From Felis catus (lineage: Eukaryota), in the NCBI RefSeq assembly GCF_018350175.1, contig NC_058369.1:22322001-22386000 (forward strand): DNA of 64,000 bases, written 5' to 3'. The notes beneath the pieces are model-generated. The model worked only from the letters and a program-made list of their open reading frames with translations, did not search any database and had not been told where the DNA came from. A program made the position numbers and the translations under genes. Shown piece after piece: positions 60,940-64,000 of the stretch; position 1 is the stretch's first letter; each line of letters begins with the position of its first letter.

Positions 60940-61260
60940 TGACACATGTGGGTGACTGTGAAAGCCAGGAAAATGGGCACTGCGGCAAATGGAGAGTCAC
61001 TTTCCTCTCTTAAGGGTACAGAAGCTTTTCCACTCCAGTCAGCTGACACCATGGGGGTGCAGGTCCAGTGTAGCCAGGGCTTCTGATGGTTTCAAGAAAA
61101 GCTTGAAATATGGATAGTTGCCTGAAATTTCCCTGTTGTAAAGTGTTAAAATGTTGGTTAACTAATTCATATTAAAAAAGAAAAAAATCAGTGCTGGCTA
61201 AACAAAACATGCCTATGGGCCAAATACAACCCAAGGATCACCTGTTTACAATATTTGCTT
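60940..61260 (-). mobile_element. MER102-like hAT relic
   Basis: TTCTGATGGTTTCAAGAAAAGC..GAAATTTCCC..AAACAAAACATGCCTATGGGCC. Confidence 0.45.
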
Positions 61261-61349
61261 TAAGATATACCCACTAGAAATTGCTAAAATTCCTCACAGG
61301 CCCAGGCCTGAAGAAACATAACATGACAAACAACAACTATGCACCAAGC

Positions 61350-63050
61350 CTTTTATTGTGGAAAATTTCAAACTCTGAAAAGCAGAATAATATAATGACC
61401 CCTTTGTACCCATTATCCAGTTTGGACAATTATCCGCTCATAGTTAGTCTTGCTTCATCCATACTTCCATCTACTTTCCCTATTTTCCTCAGATTATTTT
61501 GAAGCAATTCCTAGACATCATTCATATAGCTTTATTTGTAAATATTTTGGCATGCATCTGTAAAAGACAAGGACTCTTAAAAATATATATGACTGCAATG
61601 TCATTTTCCCACCAACCAAATATTAACAATAATTTCTCAACATCATGAAATATCCAATGTTCCAAAATCCCCTAATTGTCACTTTTTTTTTTTTTTTTTA
61701 GTTTTCATTTTTCAAATCAGGATTGAAATATACTGGGGGGGGGGGTTGGTTGATATCTCTTGATAAATCTCTTTTAATGTATACATGAACACAACATTTT
61801 AATTAAAAAAACTTAATAAAGAAGAAAAAACAACAAAACTTATACCCATGGGAGAAAAATCTGTTCTGGTGATTTGATGAATGATGATGTGGTAAGTTTT
61901 CCGGGAACTAGTAAAGTACCAAATACAATGGAGACCCCCACCATCACTTTATTACCACAGTACTTTTTAAGAAGTATTTTTAACTTAAAAAAAATCATAA
62001 AAATAGTACACGAGAAAGACATCAGCAAAAATAGTGGAGCAAGAATCTCCAAAGACTATCTTCTCCATAAAAGCAGTGAGACAACTGGCAAAAATGGGCA
62101 GAATCACCTTTTCAGAACTGTGTAAATGAACCAAAAGCTTGCAACATTTGGGAGAACATTTTTTCATTTTTTGTTTGGAGAGCATTTGATCAAGAAAAAT
62201 GGCCGAATCTTGGTAATAGCAGTCTTTCTGGCATGTTAACTTGTCCTATCCCCCTTCCCTTCTCCAGGGCTGCAGTAGTCTTGAGAGCCCTCAGCCTGAC
62301 CACCACCAGAGGGGCAGAATGGGCTTGGTGCATCACTAAAACCTCATTAATAGGAAATTGTCATTATTTGACCTGTCTGGAGATTCCCTTTCAGACACCA
62401 ACTGCAAGGCTGCCAGAACTCACAAAGTGTACAAAAGACTTTTCCCAGGGACATTTGTTTGAAAACAATTAAAAGCAATGGATTAACTTTGTGACCACCT
62501 GAGGCAGCAAGTAACAGTTGGGACAAACGATAGGCTACCCAAAAACTTAAAAGGAAAAACTGGGTAATGAGATGACCATAGGGACTTTGAAAAGCTCTAA
62601 CATGTTCTTGGGAATCTAAAAGGTCACCTGTACGAATAGGATCGTGCTCATGCCTAGGGATAACTGCATGCTCAAGAAAGACCCCAGAAGGCCCTAAGTG
62701 CTCAACCCTGGCTGGCCTTGAGACTCCGCACAAGCAGGAAGTAAAGGGCAAGGTAGAATCGCCAATTGCCGGACTGAACATTGAAGGCGTGCTCGAACAA
62801 ACAGAGTCCTTCAGCACTGTGGGAAACCTATTGGTTCCAAACACTGAAAGAAATCTCTAACCGCTAAGCCAACTGAGCAGGGACTTCAATGACTACACGT
62901 GACAAAGAATACAGCCTTTATAGAATTTCTTCTGAAAAGTTACTAAACAAACTACAAACAACAACAACATATGAGAGGAGGGAGAAGAGCCTTATTTGTG
63001 AGGTTGCCACTTTATGTTATTTGAAATGTCTAGTTTTCAACAAAAAAATT
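61350..63050. mobile_element. Old L1 fragments (3' UTR piece ~61350-61800 minus; 5' region ~62030-63050 plus)
   Basis: GAAGCAATTCCTAGACATC..AAAAGACAAGGACTC; CATAAAAGCAGTGAGACAACTGGCAAAAAT..TTTCAGAACT. Confidence 0.5.
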
Positions 63051-63394
63051 GGTGACTTATGGCCATGTTTAACCTGCAAGCTCTACAGAATAAAAATTCA
63101 CAGGCCAACACATCCAGACAATTTATTTTATATCTGAACAATTAGAGATACAAAGTGTTTTGTGGGCAGTTGGAATCTGCTTAATGCCATGGGATCCGAT
63201 GACTATTTGGCAGATTCATTATTAGGGTTATGTTAAAATCAAATTCAAATCAGCACATTTATTGTACATCTATTATGTGTGAGACAGTATGTTCTAGTTC
63301 AAAACTGATTTTGCTGAGGCTAAAAAGGAAAGAGAGTAAAAGGAAAATTAGGAATGTCATATCTTGAAATGTATCACAAATGATAGGTTTAGAA

Positions 63395-63524
63395 GTTTTA
63401 TTTTTATTTATTTATTTATTTAAAATAGGTTTCATGCCCAGCCCAGAGCCCAACATGGGCCTTAAACTCATGACACTGAGATCAAGAGTCAGGTGCTTAA
63501 AGGACTGAGCCACCCAGGTGCCCC
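63395..63524 (-). mobile_element. Short Can-SINE
   Basis: GAGATCAAGAGTC..ACTGAGCCACCCAGGTGCCCC. Confidence 0.85.
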
Positions 63525-63947
63525 AAAATTCATGTTTAAGTCCTAACCCCCAGTACCTCAGAATGTGACCCTATTTGGAGATATGGTCTTTACAGAGTGA
63601 ATCAAGTTACAGAGTGAATCAATGATAGGTCATTAGAGTAGGGTCTAATTTAATATGACTGGTGCCCATACATAAAGGGGGGATCTGGGCACAGAGATAT
63701 ACATAGAAGGAAGATGATATGGAGATATATATGAAGAACATGGCCATCACAAGCTAATGAGGAAGGCATAGAACAGATCCTTCTCTCAAAAGAAACCAGC
63801 CCCGCTGATGCTCTAATTTTGGACTTTTTGCTTCCAAAACTGTGAGACAGTAAATTTCTGTTGTTTAAGACACCCTTCCCCCTGTCCCCCCCCTACCCCC
63901 CCGCCATTCGTGATACTTTGTTGTGGCACCACTGGCAGACTAACTCA
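63521..63947 (+). mobile_element. MLT1-type MaLR LTR
   Basis: CCCCAAAATTCAT..CCTAACCCCCAGTACCTCAGAATGTGAC..AACTGTGAGACAGTAAATTTCTGTTGTTTAAG. Confidence 0.85.
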
Positions 63948-64000
63948 TTACTTACCAGATATTTTTTGAAGCCACCCAACTCTTCAACAAAAGCTCTAGA

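Noticed and set aside
63590..63622. 17-bp tandem duplication TTACAGAGTGAATCAAG
   Set aside because: Ordinary slippage event inside an MLT1 LTR
1..64000. CRISPR arrays, tRNA/rRNA genes, or a novel multi-gene system
   Set aside because: No repeat-spacer array; tRNA-like boxes are SINE heads; all convincing coding signal is explained by IL17RB, ACTR8 and SELENOK

Overview
Mammalian (cat-family, Felidae) genomic DNA. It is dense with tRNA-derived Can-SINEs of the feline SINEC_Fc type and carnivore L1s. The window is the conserved CHDH-IL17RB-ACTR8-SELENOK block. It holds the 5' non-coding end of CHDH (-, inferred from synteny), which shares a CpG-island promoter with IL17RB. IL17RB (+) is complete, with 11 coding exons at 6659-20437 encoding 494 aa. 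ACTR8 (-) is complete, with 13 exons at 39143-23279 encoding 624 aa. SELENOK (-) is complete, with 5 exons at 48338-42033 encoding 94 aa, an in-frame UGA-Sec and a type II SECIS. About 15 kb of repeat-rich sequence follows. All coding exons were read by hand and have GT-AG boundaries and consistent phases. No new protein-coding system is evident. The strongest leads are an unexplained ~225-bp inverted repeat (55526-55750/57289-57515) downstream of a candidate spliced divergent transcript from the SELENOK promoter, a candidate SELENOK poison exon, an ERSE-like element, two routes to soluble IL17RB, and tightly inverted nested SINE pairs. Human comparisons and repeat family names are from memory and need database confirmation.
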